Assembly: GCF_009914755.1 (NCBI RefSeq)
Contig: NC_060928.1
Reading direction: 5' to 3' (one strand)
From: the human T2T-CHM13v2.0 reference genome, Homo sapiens
Length of the DNA stretch: 64,000 bases
Position numbers and translations under genes: made by a program. Below the pieces are notes generated by a model. That model searched no databases. It was given only the letters and a program-made list of their open reading frames with translations, and was not told where the DNA came from. Positions 1 to 13,410 of the stretch are shown here, piece by piece (the first letter of the stretch is position 1; every line of letters starts with the position of its first letter).

Positions 1-569
1 CTTCATTCTTTCCTTTTTAAATTAACTCAGGCAGTGTATCTAAAACTAAATGCCGTGGGCCCTTGTTTTGGGGGCTTTCTTAGTTTTCTCTGCCAATTAC
101 GGTTTGTGTTTTTACTATGCAACATTGTTCAACAGGAACAAGTTTAAAACATTTAGTATCCAACAAGTGCTAACCAAACAAAAGTGAATAATGGAATTCT
201 AGGCTTTGTCCCAGCTCCTCCCATTCTCTCCTCAAGGATGACAAATGCTTAAGTAATAAGAATCAATTTTGTGAGTAATTTTTGAGTTCCATCTGATTAC
301 TGTTAATAGTCACAACTTGAAAGCATGAGAATACATTTGAAGGCAAAAACTTTTGCTACAGCAAGTTTGGTGGTCTATGCTAACATTCCTTTAACTATTT
401 CCACCAGCTTTACCATAATCATATGATAGAATGCATGCTAACACAAGAGCTTGCTGCATATAAAACATGCTTGAGACTAGGCCAAATACATAATCCAAGC
501 ATTTCTATTCTATGGAAGATTTCTTTTCCTTTAAGTTTTTGTTATTTTTTGTGTTTTATAGTCACCATA

Positions 570-1770
570 GAAATTGTAGTATACACAAATTATATACTAT
601 AATACTTATTGCAGTCTCCACCTATTTCTTTAAGGGGAGAAACTCCCCAAACATAAAAGCCTGCAGTTTTGTGAGTTTTGACAAACGTGTACACATATGA
701 AACCACGATCCCATCAGAATAGGATGTGATTATCTCTGGAAAATGCCCTCATACTCTCTTCTCCGATAATTACCACCCCTTCTCCCAACCTTTAGAGACA
801 GCCAATGTTATGATTTTTTCCCAAACCACAGATTTGCTTATAATAGAACTGTTTATATTAATGGACTTACAGAGTATGTACTCTTTTGTGCCTGGCTTTT
901 GCTACAGATAATGTCTGAGAGATTCTTCTATGTCCTTGAATGTAATGGTAGGTTCTTTTTTCTTTTATTTTTTTTCCCGAGAATTTTTCCATTGAATGAA
1001 TACACCAAAATTTGTTTATGCCTTGTCGTGCTGATGGACATTTTGGTTGTCTATAGTTTTCAGCTATTATAAATAAAGCTGCTATGGACATTTTTGTACA
1101 AGGTATTGTTCTCTTGGCTAAATTAGTTCTCTTGGCTAAATTAGTAGGGATGCAATTGCTCGACCATATTGTAAGTATATATTTAATCTATAAGAAACTG
1201 CCAAACCTTTCCCCAAGTTTGTTGTACCATTTTACATTCCAACCAGCAACATATGAGTTTTCCAGTTGCTCCCCAACCTAATATACTGTCAGGTATTTAA
1301 TTTTAGCAATTCTCATCCATGTATTGTAGCATTTCATTGTGGCTTTCATTTGCATTTCCCTGATAATTAATGAGGCTGAATAATTTTAAACGGTGCCTTT
1401 TAGCCATTCATACAGCCTTTTGAAATAATTTTTCAAATCATTTTAAAATTCAAATTTTAAAATTTGCATGTTCATTTTAATAGAGTCTTTTGATGAGCAG
1501 AAGTTTTAAATTTTGATGAAGTCCATTAATTCTTTTCTTTTATGGTTATTGCACTCTATGTCATTCTTGAGAAATCTTTGTCTAATCTCAGGTCAGGGAG
1601 ATATTATCCTATGATTTCTTCCAAAAGATTTCTAGTTTTAGACTTTGTGTTTGGTTTTATGATCCACCTTGAATTAATTTCTGTGCATGGTACGAAGAAG
1701 GAGTTAAAGTTCATTTTTTTTCTCTCCTGGCATATACCCCATTGTTTAAACACTATTTGTTGATAAGAAT
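570..1770 (-). mobile_element. Old LINE-1 (L1M-type) 3' portion: end of ORF2 and 3' UTR, decayed
   Basis: Minus ORF 867-1091 (IAALFIIAENYRQPKCPS) resembles the L1 ORF2 C-terminus. Typical antisense L1 text such as ttgcatttccctgataattaatgag and tttgatgagcagaagttttaaattttgatgaagtcc is present. Confidence 0.8.
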
Positions 1771-2461
1771 ATCCTTGGATTTCAGGATAGCTAAAGACAA
1801 TGGTAGTTGCTTAGGTTCCTGTCTCCCAACTTTTCCCCCCAAAATAACACAGAAAAACAAGAAGGTAAGAAAAGCAAAAACAAAATAAACCTATCCCAAA
1901 ACAATGACCTCAGCATTATGTAAAGACAGAGAATGCTCATATCTCAAAATAACTTGAAATTTTAAGAATAAAATTGTAAATGTCCAGTAAGCAATCTCTT
2001 GCTGTCCTATCCTACTGTAAGTCTTTGTGGCAAGAAAAAACAGGTCATGAAAAACTATGGGAAGAGAGGAGAGAGAAAATGATGGCCATAAGATTGACCT
2101 TACCAACTTCCAAAAGTAAGTCTGCAGGAGAAAAGACCAGAGCATGGTTTGCAGGGAAGGGACTTAACAGCATGTATGATGTGAAGTGACAGTTTTTGAA
2201 ACCTATAGCCTCTGTAGGAGAAAAAATCAAAACAGAAAGAAGTGACCCTTAGAAATTAGATGGTCAAAAAGAATGTAGCAAAGGGATAAATTTTTGAGTA
2301 GTTCATGTATTACAAAAGACAAACAAAATACGAGGAAACAAACAATCCCTTTTCCTCCACTGCAGAAATAACCCACTAAGGAATCTGGACTTTGTTATAC
2401 TGAATGAAGGTAGTGCCACCGAAGCAGGAATCTTGTAAAGTTCCTCAGTACTACAAACATA

Positions 2462-2885
2462 TGAAACTGCCCCAATAGTCCCATAGACTGTTCTTTTGGA
2501 TAAACATAGAAATTAACCTTTCCGATCTTAAAGCTTCAAGCTTACATTTGTTTTCTTTGAGGAAAGGACCTTCTGGCCTCTTTAAAAAAGCATCAAAAAA
2601 CCGAATCTCACCAGATCACCACATCCTCACAATGAGATGACAGGCCCCTCATTCATTATGATTGCTTCCTAGCCCTTTCCTAGTTCTTGAACATTGTTAT
2701 ATTTCTTTCTTGCTATATAAACTCCTAGTTTTAGTCAGTCAGGGAGATGGATCTGAGACTGAGCTCCCATCTCCTGTAGCACCTAATTAAAGCCTTCTTC
2801 CTTGGCAATATCTGTCATCTCAGTGATTCGCTTTCTGTGCAGTGAGCAGCAGGACCTAGATCAAACCCTGTGTGTTTTGGTAAAA
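2462..2885 (+). mobile_element. Solo LTR, LTR47-like
   Basis: Starts TGAAACTGCCCC. Has a TATA-like ctatataa, an ATTAAA signal, and the 3' text attaaagccttcttccttggcaata...gcagcaggacctaga...ttttggtaa recalled from LTR47. Confidence 0.65.
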
Positions 2886-3075
2886 AATGAAATAAATAAT
2901 ACAGAGTTATGAAAAATTACAAAATGAACTCTGATATGCCTCAACTAGGGAAAAATCCTTCCCTCAAAAACAGAATTCATGAGCCAGAAGAGATGATAAT
3001 CCCTCAGAGTGATAATTTGTTGTACAGTTTGTGGACTTAAAGGAATTTACTGTTTAGCACATTTTAAGTTTTAAT

Positions 3076-3390
3076 TTTTTTTTTTTTTTTTTTTTTTTTA
3101 AGAAATAGTGTCTCACTGTGTCACTCAGGCTGGAGTGCCATGGCACCGTCATTGCTCAATGCAGTCTCAAACTCTTGCGCTCAAGCAGTTCTCCCACTTT
3201 GACCTCCTGAGTAGCTGGGGCCACAGGCACGCACCATCATGACTGGCTAGTTATTTATTTATGTATTTGTTTTGTAGAGATGGGGGTCTCACTATGTTGC
3301 CCAGGCTGGTTGAACTCCTGGGCTCAAGCAATCCCCCTGCTTCAGCTTCCCAAAGTTCTGGAATAAAGGCATGAGCCACCAAACCTGGCC
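3076..3390 (-). mobile_element. Alu, AluJ-like
   Basis: Poly-T followed by an antisense dimeric Alu with ctcctgggctcaagcaatcc (J-type), ending cctggcc. Confidence 0.93.
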
Positions 3391-4431
3391 TATTTAGCAT
3401 GTCTTAATATTGTCCTTAGTATTTAATCTTTTAAGGACTCTTTGCATATCTTAACCTCTAATATTCCATTCACTATTGTCTCAAGTTAATACAATACCTG
3501 TTCCATTCTATTTTCTAGGACGATAATGAGGTTTGATGATTTTGGACTTCAAAGAAAGGGGAGAAGAACATATGTATTGTGACTTGGTACAAAATGCCAA
3601 ATACCTTCTAACAGTAATGTCAATTTTCCCCTGAAAATTTGGTCAAAAGATTGAATGAGTGGCCAGAAAAGACTCTAATACTGGAATTAGAATTCCAGGA
3701 CTATAAAGAGGAAGTCTCACATAGGTTAGGATATCACAATTTTACATAAAATAAACTGGGCAGATTTTCACCTCAGAGAACTTTGAAAATTATGCTAATG
3801 CTAAAATTTGAAAGCTATTTATACATTAAGGGGAAGATACAAATCTAGGCTGTAAAGGATTAACTACTGTAGATGCATATCGGAATTACAACACTGTTAG
3901 TTCCAAAGGGAAACCAAAGAAGTTTTTATACGGTGTGGGAGTACATGAATGTTTACTAAGAATTTGTCAGCATTATATAATACTGACTAAATGATAGCCT
4001 CCTTCCTGTATTTGGAGGACACAGATGTTCAAATCACTAAGCAATGTGCTCTTCAAGGTGGATGGGCTACTTAACTCAGGCTGTCAGGTTGCCTAAGTAA
4101 CCATTACGTAAGAACACTTATCTTCCTGTGCTGATTCAACATACGTTAAACAACTGAGACTAAAAACCTACTAGGATGTGAACACTTGAAGGTTGGGTTT
4201 CTCTTATTTACTATTATATTAATGCCAGGACAGTGTCTAGAAACTAGTAGACACACAAAAAATTAGTTCATGAAACAAAGAAGGCTTATATACAGCTGCT
4301 ATACTTTTTATCTTGTATTCCAATACTTGGCAAATACTAGCAGTTGAATTAATGTTTATTGAATTGAATTCCTAACTTGCATTCCTTGAAATAGTAGGCT
4401 AGGAACTATAAAATAAAAATAGACATGTACC

Positions 4432-4814
<383 letters not shown>

Positions 4815-5511
4815 TCATCTGAACTCACTTATTCTACTGGTGGTTTTCAGTAACTATTGAATTTAATTTTTGATATTAAAGGCATACTTATTGGTATTCC
4901 TGAAACTATTTTGATATTTCCCAGCCCACAATTGTATATCTAGTAAAATTAATATTTTAAAATCTGATCTGCTCATATTATTTTAATGTAAAAAGGATTG
5001 TTGATTTTGAGCAATCTTTTCCACTCTTGTGGCTTTATAGGCCAGATGGTGTATAAAGCTTGTTATTCTATAAGCTTAGTGTTCTTCAAATATATATCTT
5101 TAATTTACACTTCTCTCAAGCTCCAGACTCTTAAGTCCTACAGAAAAATCGACATATTAACTTTCTTTCTTCAGAAAACATATCATATGTGCCCTGTGTG
5201 GAATCGGCTATCCTCCTTTAACTTTCTCTTCAGGGCCTAGTGTCTCTGCTCATTCAGAGCGTCAACAGCCAGTTTCCCAAAGCTAGTACTTTTCAGTGAC
5301 TTTTCAGTGTTTCCATCTTACTCTCCACTGGGCCTACAGTAAAATATATGAATAAAAAGTAATGTGGTACTGAGAAAGTGAGACGGCCCAGGGGTTAGTG
5401 CAGGCTTTGCCAGTCACTGCCACTGTAGCCTAGTGCGTGCCCACAGTCTCACTGCTCCCCTCTTTAATTATGCTAAAAGTCAGATGTGCCAGTGGATAAT
5501 TGCTAGGATTC

Positions 5512-5959
5512 TGTGAAAGGAAAATAAATCTTGGGGCCCCCAAATCACTAAGCTAAAGGGGAAAGTCAAGCTGGGAACTGCTTAGGGCAAACCTGCCTCC
5601 CATTCTATTCAAGTTATCCCTCTGCTCACTGAGATAAATGCATATCTGATTGCCTCCTTTTTAAAGGCTAATCAGAAACTCAAAAGAATTCAGCTGTTTG
5701 TCTCTCACCTACCTATGAATGGAAGCCCCTTCTCTGCTTGAGTTGTCCCACCTTTCCAGATGGAACCAATGTACATCTTACATATGTTGATTGATGTCTC
5801 ATGTCTCCCTAAAATGTATAAAACCAAGCTGTGCCCTGACCACCTTGGGCACAAGTCATCAGGACCTCCTGAGTCTGTGTCATGGGCATGCATCCTCAAC
5901 CTTGGCAAAATAAACTTTCTAAATTAACTGAGACCTGTCTCAGATATTTGCAGTTCACA
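5512..5959 (+). mobile_element. MER4A/MER4A1-type 5' LTR (ERV1)
   Basis: TGTGAAAGGAAAATAAATCTTGGGGCCCCCAAATCACTAAGC start, AATAAA near 5908, ends ...gttcaCA, followed directly by a primer binding site. Confidence 0.88.
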
Positions 5960-5962
5960 TTT

Positions 5963-5980
5963 TGGTAACCACGAAGGGAT
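5963..5980 (+). promoter_or_regulatory. Retroviral primer binding site (PBS), probably for tRNA-Arg(UCG)
   Basis: TGGTAACCACGAAGGGAT lies 3 nt after the LTR. It is complementary to the recalled tRNA-Arg-TCG 3' end ...ATCCCTTCGTGGTTA-CCA. Confidence 0.75.
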
Positions 5981-8900
5981 TCTGAGTGAAGGTGCCCCTG
6001 ACCTTTGACAAATCTCCTATTGGTGCTTGGTACCAGCTTGAGCTATCTTTGTGGGTCTAACCAATAGGACAATTTGCTGAGGCCTGGAAGCGCTCCCTCC
6101 AGAGCATCCCTGATCTTCCAATATTTGGTCAAGATCTAAAGTTTATTGCTGTACAACTCTTTTTTTTTTTCTTGGAGTTTTACTTGTTTCCAAAACAAGG
6201 AAGGCAAGTTTTTCCTGCTTCCATGACAATGGAAGGCAGGTAACTCCTGTATGGAGTTTGAACTCACTTCCAAGAGGAAAGACAAATTTGAGATTTTCCT
6301 GCTTCTAGGATGGTAGAGAGCAGTCTTAAGTCTGAGACCTATCCCTGGGTGAGTAACTGAATTGGTGTTTGTCTTGGCTAAAGTTAAGATTTTAGCCAAG
6401 ACAAACCAGCTGATCTTAATTTCACCTTACCATTAACACACTCCGTAATCTTACAAGTTGCGCCATTGTTTGTTTTGCTTAATTTTTGTTGTTGTTGTTT
6501 GCTTGTTTCTGTTTTTGTTGTTATTTCCATATTTTTTCCATTGGGTTTGATCAACTCTGACTTGATCAAATACAAAGGAAAGTTCCAAATTATGAGGAAC
6601 AAGGCCTCTGAAGTGGCTAAATTCCCATAAGAAAACAATGACAACAACAAGGTGGTGTGGTCGGGGGCGGGGGGAGAAAAACATACAGCAAAAGGAAAAC
6701 AGAAAGGAGAGATTCTGCTTTTGATTACTCGAGGGGCTTTATTTACATAGCAATACCACCTTTTTGCTAGCCAGGCCAAACTGAAAGAGCAATGGCTGTT
6801 GCCCCATGCTGCAGTTCCATAGCTAAGAGTTCTGCCTTCTATTTTTCCACCATGACAGCCTGGGTTTGGTGCCTAAATCAAGCCCTTTCTGTTTGGATAC
6901 TTGGCACTTCGGAAACAGCAGCAATTTGTCCGAGCTGAAATATGGTAAATAGATTAAAACATTTTTTTTGAAGGAGCTCAGTGGTTAAAAGTCAGCTTAA
7001 TTAAAAACTAACATCCAAAATGTGTGTGCGTATGTCTGCATGTGTGTGTTTTTGTATTTAAAAGGCCTTCACCTTTTTTATTTTGTGTGCGTGTGTGTTT
7101 TGTTTTTTTTTTTTTTCTCTTAGGACTTTGTCTTTTTCATCTCATTTGACTGAATTATGTTTCCTTCATTTACTTCTGCTGTCTCTCCTTTCTCTTGCAC
7201 CCTGTGCTGCATGAGGGACCTAAAATAGTTTATAATAGCCTGGGGTTCCTTAAGGAAAATGGAGAAGGTGCCAGACTCTCTTTTGGGGAAAAACCACTGT
7301 TTTTACTTATGGAACTCCAAGAGTGTTTTCCAAACAGACAAGTTCATCTCAGCTCTTAAACTGCTTGCTTTTGTATTATGTTACCGGATTTTTTGACTAA
7401 AATAATTATTGCAATAGAGGTTACTCTTGGGTTTTTAAGGAAGTAAAGTTTAGATACTTGTGTTACCTGATTTTTTGACTAAAATAGTTATTGCAACATA
7501 GGCTATACTTGGGTTTTTAAGAAAGTGAAGTTTAAACAAATGTTTTTGTTTAAAAAAATTTTTTTAAAGTGCACTGTAAAAGCATCACGAGGTCTAGCTT
7601 CATAATAATTCTCCCTTTTTAGAGATCCAGGATTCAGTGTGGACTCTGCCCAGAGTTCAGAGATCCAGTTAGAAGATAGATAGTCCCTATCTAAATAAAA
7701 TTGTTCTCCTCATGCAATCCTGTGATAGATTTCTACAATTTTATGTTTGATTTAGCATCTATCTTTAATCTCCCTGTAGCATCACCAGACCTTTTTTCTC
7801 TGTACCTTGAGATGTAAATTTTGCTAATCTGATTTTTAATCTAAGAGTTGTTTCCTTCAATATGCAAATTTAGGGCTGTTTACCTGACAACTGCCAGGAT
7901 AATGAATCAGTTTATCAAGAGTTTGCAAGTCTAAGATACGGAAAAAAAAAGGAGGTCGTAGGAATTCATAAAGTGTATTTTTATCATTATGCCTAACACA
8001 TCTATGTATTTGTGTGTTCTCTACACAATATTTCACTACTAAAATATATAAAAGAGCTCTTATTAATTGGCTTCAAGAAAAATAAAAGTCCTTAAATCAA
8101 ATACTTCATCGGAGAAAAAGGAAAGACTAGTCAAATGCTTTTTCAATTTTATGTGACTTAAGTAAAATCTTTAATAAATAAGGTAGCTTAAAATTATTAG
8201 TAAAGTAGTATTAGAAATGTCTTAAAAATTATTATCAAGCAATTGCATACTTATCCCTGCCAAATACTATAAGGTGTCAAAATTTGGCATAGGGTTTATA
8301 AAACTATAAACACAGCCCAAAATGGAATGATCTTTCTTGTGTAATTTTTAATAGATAAGATATTGATATTGGTTTAATGAAAATAGCTACATCTCAAATT
8401 ATTTAATAAAATTACCACAACCCATAATCTTCTGGCTTTAGGCAGTCCAGACCACAGGCAATAAGGAGGTTTGTTTGTAAGAGGACTGTTACCATCTTTT
8501 TTCAAAGCTAAACTATAAACTAAGTTCCTTCCAAAGTTAGTTCAGCCTATGCCCAAGAATGAACAAGGACAGCTTGGAGGTTAGCAGCAAGATGGAGTCA
8601 GTGAGGTCATATCTTTTTTAATGTCTCAGTTATAATTTTGCAATGGGGAGTTTCATAACTTTAAATGATGCCTATCACAGTTTTCATAATCTTGGTAAAT
8701 GATTAAAATAAAATAATTAGGTAAATGTAATGGGATAAACACTTGTAAACAAACTTGTCATAATTTAGAATCAAAATTTATATTAAATTAAATAATATAT
8801 ATTTCATTATTTGGGTATTTTCCAATAAAAATATATTGTAGGAAAACATTCTGTCTAAAAAACAAACAAACAAACAAAACCCAAAAAAAGTTAATATGAT

Positions 8901-9224
8901 CAAGTTGTCTATAATTAAAGGGATTTATAGTGGTCTTTCTAGAGATTAAATTTGATGATAAAAACACTTATACACAAAATAATTGATTAGAACAATAAAA
9001 TTTTCTTAAAGGATTGATTTACTCTTAATGAATTATAAGAGATTTTAATTTGTTTTAAACCCAAAGTTCAACTTGTATTGTTTCTTGATGTTTTCTGTTT
9101 TCTCTTCTCTTTTAGAAAGTGCGAAATAGTAATGCTCTTCTTCAACTTATTTTCAGATCATAAAAGTTTTTATTCCTTCAAGTTCTATTCGCTGTGGGCT
9201 GATGCTAGCAACGTTTTCTTTCTC

Positions 9225-9527
9225 TTTTTTTTTTTTTTTTTTGAGACTGTGTCTTGCTCTGTAGCCCAGGCTGGATGGAGTGCAGTGGTGAGATCTAGAT
9301 TCACTGAAATCTCCACCTCCCAGATTCAAGCAATTCTACTGCCTCAGCCTCCTGAGTAGCAGGGATTACAGGCATTTTCCACCACGCCCAGCTAATTTTT
9401 GTATTTTTAGTAGAGACAGGGTTTTGTCATATTGACATGCCTGGTTTCAAACTCTTACCTTAGATGATCTGCCCGCCTCTGTCTCCTAAAGTGCTGGGAT
9501 TACAGGCATCAGCCACTATGCCTGGCC
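9225..9527 (-). mobile_element. Alu (S-type) inserted in MER4-int
   Basis: Poly-T plus antisense Alu. Diverged TSD tagcaacgtttt / taacaatgtttt. Confidence 0.92.
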
Positions 9528-10774
9528 TAACAATGTTTTGTTAAAGGCCTAAAGGAAACGTTTTCTTTCAACATAATATTCTGTGCACTGCAGGTCTTTT
9601 CCTCTGTCTTTTGATAACTGGCCTAATAGATTTTATGTTTAATCAAAGTAATTCCTATGCCATTATTATTAAGTTTTGGTTTGCCTAAAAAAAAAAACAG
9701 ATGAAATTTTTTTAAAAATTAAAGTTGTTATATCCTTGTATCTTTCTGTATGTGCCTTTAAGGTTCTTGTGACATTGAGCTACAAGGATTTGACTCCTGA
9801 GTCTCAAAAGGACACCAAGTACTGCCAAATCTCAAACTCTGACAGCAATTAAAGCCTCATCTGCAGGCCCTGTAGAAGATGCCAATCAAAATAAACTGTG
9901 TTCCTGAGACACAGGGGCAGAAATTAAAGCTATTCAACTCCTCAAGGCCAAGGGATTATCATGGAAGAGGTGGGCAGGCGAGAATGTAAAGGCCAATTTT
10001 GAGAGATAAAGTAAATTCATTTTCTCTATAAATTAACTATTAACATCAAATGCACACTGATGAAAGACCAGCATATAGGCCCCTGTGTCAGAGTAACAAG
10101 GTTTTCTTGAAGCATGAATTAACTCCTTAATAAAAGCTATAAAGGCTATAAAAGGGAAGTTGTATCTTATGGGTCAAGATGAAAATTTTATAGATTGTTT
10201 ATAAAATATTGGAAAACAAATATAATTGAATTCATGCTGTTTTTATTGGGGCTTATTGGCTGAAAAATTAAGTCTCCTCTTTCAAAGAATGAAGGTTTTT
10301 GCCATTTTTTGAAATCCTTCAATTACCATTTTGGTTAAATGAATGATTTATTTTTCATTGACTTGTGATCCTATTTTGTGATATCAAGTGTTTTAAACCT
10401 TTGATATTTGACAAACTTTCCAAAATCAAATTATAAATTATGTATTTTTCTGACCTAATTAATCCTTTAAGATATTAGGTTCCCTAAAGTCCAAAAAATG
10501 ACATATTTGTCTTATTTGGTGTAAAAATTATACAGGAAGCATTGTAAAATGTGAAATGGTGTTTGGTTTTCTTTGGGCTATATTTGTATAAATATGTTAT
10601 TGGTATATGTTCCAAAATTATGAGAAACTCTTTAATTCTGATATGACTTAGTGTACATTACCAGTAATAATTATAATTGTTATATTAAATTATTGTATAC
10701 CACAGAGGAAACAAATGTCCTTGTCAATTGTGTCTTTGACTATGTTTTCTCTAAAACATTTTGTCATCCATAGA

Positions 10775-10988
10775 TGTATTAGTCAAGGTTCTCTAGAGGG
10801 ACAGAACTAATGGAATATATATATGCATGTATGTTAATACTTAAGTAACTTATGGTAAGTCTTAACTCACACCATCACAAGGTCCCACAATAGGCCATCT
10901 GCAGGCTAAGGAGCAAGGAGATATTCCTAGGATCAATACTTTGTATCCTTCAATTCAATCAAGTGAGCATTCAGTATTAACCATCACA
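10775..10988. mobile_element. MLT2A-like LTR (HERV-L), internally deleted
   Basis: Has both termini: tgtattagtcaaggttctctagagggacagaactaat and cagtattaaccatcaca. Flanked by ataga / atgga, a 5-bp TSD with one mismatch. Confidence 0.75.
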
Positions 10989-11000
10989 ATGGACAATTGC

Positions 11001-11300
11001 TTTTTTTTTTTTTTTTTGAGATGGAATTTTGCTCTTGTTGCCGAGGCTGGAGTGCAATGGTGCAATCTTGGCTCACTGCAACCTCCACTTCCTGGGTTCA
11101 AGTGATTCTTTTGCCTCAGCCTCCTGAGTAGCTGAGATTATAGGCACTTGCCATCATGCTTGGCTAATTTTTGTATTTATTGTAGAGATGGGGTTTCACC
11201 ATGTTGGCCAGGCTGGTCTCGAACTCCTGACGTCAGGTGCTCTACCCACCTTGGCCTCCCAAAGGGCTAGGATTACAGGTGTGAGCCACTACACCCAGCC
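11001..11300 (-). mobile_element. Alu (AluSq/Sx-like)
   Basis: Poly-T, then gagatggaattttgctcttgttgcc... to gagccactacacccagcc. Confidence 0.93.
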
Positions 11301-11963
11301 TTTGGTCCTCATTAGAAGCTGGTTTTATAATCACCTATAAAGCCCTAACAGGTTCTCTCGAATGCAGGTTTCTGATAACTATGGAGATTGTGACATCAGA
11401 ATAGAGGAAAAACTTTCAGGTCTCACAGAGAGCTGAAATGTTCATGAATATCATGCAGAACAGGAATTACCTGCATGAACTGAACTAACAGAAGACTGAA
11501 CTAATCTTTTTGACTTTTTTCTTAAAATGTTCTTGATCCTTCGTTTTGTTTTTCAGAGCCAAGGAAATTTTTTTGAGCTATTGACATCTTTTAACAAGTT
11601 ACTATACTCCTATGAACAAAATTTGGAACATATTTGTTTCTCTCTACCTGATTTCTCCAGAATTTGGAAACTACTTGTGAGTATTCTTTATTTATGGCAA
11701 TATAGTTATTTGCATAAGTGCAAGAAAAATCTGTTTTCAATTGTAACAGGACACAATTATAGAAACTGGTTATTTTACCAAGGTTTTGACTGAAATGGTG
11801 TGCTTTCCTTTAAAGAATCAAACTGGACTTATAGAGCAAATAAAAATCCCTTGGGAAAACTGGCCTCATACCTTGTCTACACAGTTCCTGTACAGGGTTC
11901 CTGACCAGTGGTAAGTAAAGAATGCCACTTTCTGACAGGCCCAGGAGCCCCAAGTTATCTTGG

Positions 11964-12625
11964 GGCCTCAGGGCCTGGGATGAGAGGGGCTGTAGTGAAA
12001 ACCTCTGACATGCCCTGGAGACATTTTCCCCGTTGTCATGGGGATTAACATTTGGCTCCTCACTACTTTAGCGAATTTCTGCAGCTGGCTTGAATTTCTC
12101 CTCAGAAAATGGGATTTTCTTTTCTATCGCATTTTCAGGCTGCAAATTTTCTGAACTTTTATGCTCTGTTTCCCTTTTAAAACTGAATGCCTTTAACAGC
12201 ATCCAAGTCATCTCTTGAATGCTTTGCTGCTTAGAAATTTCTTCCACCAGGTACCCTAAATCATCTCTCTCAAGTTCAAAGTTCCACAAATCTCTAGGGC
12301 AGGGGTAAAATGCTGCCAGTACCTTTGCTAAAACATAACAAGAGTCACTTTTGCTCCAGTTCCCAACATTTCCTCATTTCCATCTGAGACCACCTCAGCC
12401 TGGTCTTTATTGTCCATATCATTATCAGCATTTTGGGTGAAGCTATTCAACATGTCTCTAGGAAATTCCAAACTTTCCCACATTTTCCTATCTTCTTATG
12501 AGCCCTCCAGACTGTTCCAACCCCTGCCTATTACCCCGTTTCAAAGTCAATTCCACATTTTTTGGTATCTTTTCAGCAGTGCCCCACTCTACTGGTACCA
12601 GTCCATTACTGTACATTACCAGTCT
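11964..12625 (-). mobile_element. THE1/MaLR internal region, 5' part only
   Basis: Minus ORF 12068-12289 (WNFELERDDLGYLVEEISKQQSIQ) is the typical MaLR internal ORF. The segment abuts a THE1 LTR. Confidence 0.85.
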
Positions 12626-12989
12626 ATTACCAGTCCGTTTTCACACTGCTGATAAAGACATACCCAAGACTGGGCATTTTACAAAAGAAAGAGGTTTAAT
12701 GGACTCACAGTTCCACATGGCTGGTGAGGCCTTACTATCATGACAGAAGGTGAAAGGCACATCTCACATGGTGGCAGACAGCAGAAGAGAATGAGAGCCA
12801 AGAGAAAGGAGTTTCCCCTTATAAAACCATCAGATCTTGTGAGACTTATTCAATACCATGAGAACAGTATGGGAGAAACTGCCCCCATGATTCAAATATC
12901 TCCCACTTGGTCTCTTCCACAACACAAGGGAATTATGGGAGCTACAATTCAAGATGAGATCTGGGGGTAGACACAGCCAACCCATATCA
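12626..12989 (-). mobile_element. THE1 (THE1C/D-like) 5' LTR
   Basis: agtccgttttcacactgctgataaagacatacccaagactggg...gacacagccaacccatatca. Confidence 0.88.
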
Positions 12990-13102
12990 CCATTCATGAG
13001 GGATCCACTCAAACACCTCCCACCAAACCCCACCTCCCACACTGAGGATCACATTACATCATGAGACTTGGAGTGGAAAAAAACATCTAAACCATATTAT
13101 CA
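12990..13102 (-). mobile_element. MST-type MaLR LTR fragment
   Basis: ccattcatgagggatcc...caaacacctcccacca...catctaaaccata. Confidence 0.65.
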
Positions 13103-13410
13103 GGTTTAACAAAGAGCAGCAATTCTGGAAAAGTAACTAAATTATGTGGGGAGGCTAATGAAAGATAAGAATTATTTTAACAAAGTCTGTTTGTACAGAA
13201 TTCTCTTGGCTATGATTCTCTGTCAAATATTTTTTTCTCCTGGTACAGAGAGGGCATTTTTTACATGGCAGTTTTTATCTCCTGTTTTTAGGAAGAAAAG
13301 AGAAGATTAGAATGTCCTTTTGCTTCTGCTGTTTATCAAGTGCCTTTATATGAAAAAAATCCTTATATCAAAGAGGTATATTGGGGGTAGGGGAAGCATA
13401 TTCTTCCACC
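13103..13410 (-). mobile_element. ERV1-type LTR fragment, family uncertain
   Basis: aacaaagtctgtttgtacagaattctc...aatccttatatcaaagaggtatattgggg resembles MER4-group LTRs in antisense. Confidence 0.4.

Larger units (their letters stand above)
5960..11969 (+). mobile_element. MER4-group non-autonomous ERV internal region; interrupted by two Alus and an MLT2; no 3' LTR
   Basis: Continues from the LTR/PBS. AT-rich and non-coding, as expected for MER4-int. Ends at gcccaggagccccaagttatcttggggcctc. Confidence 0.78.
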
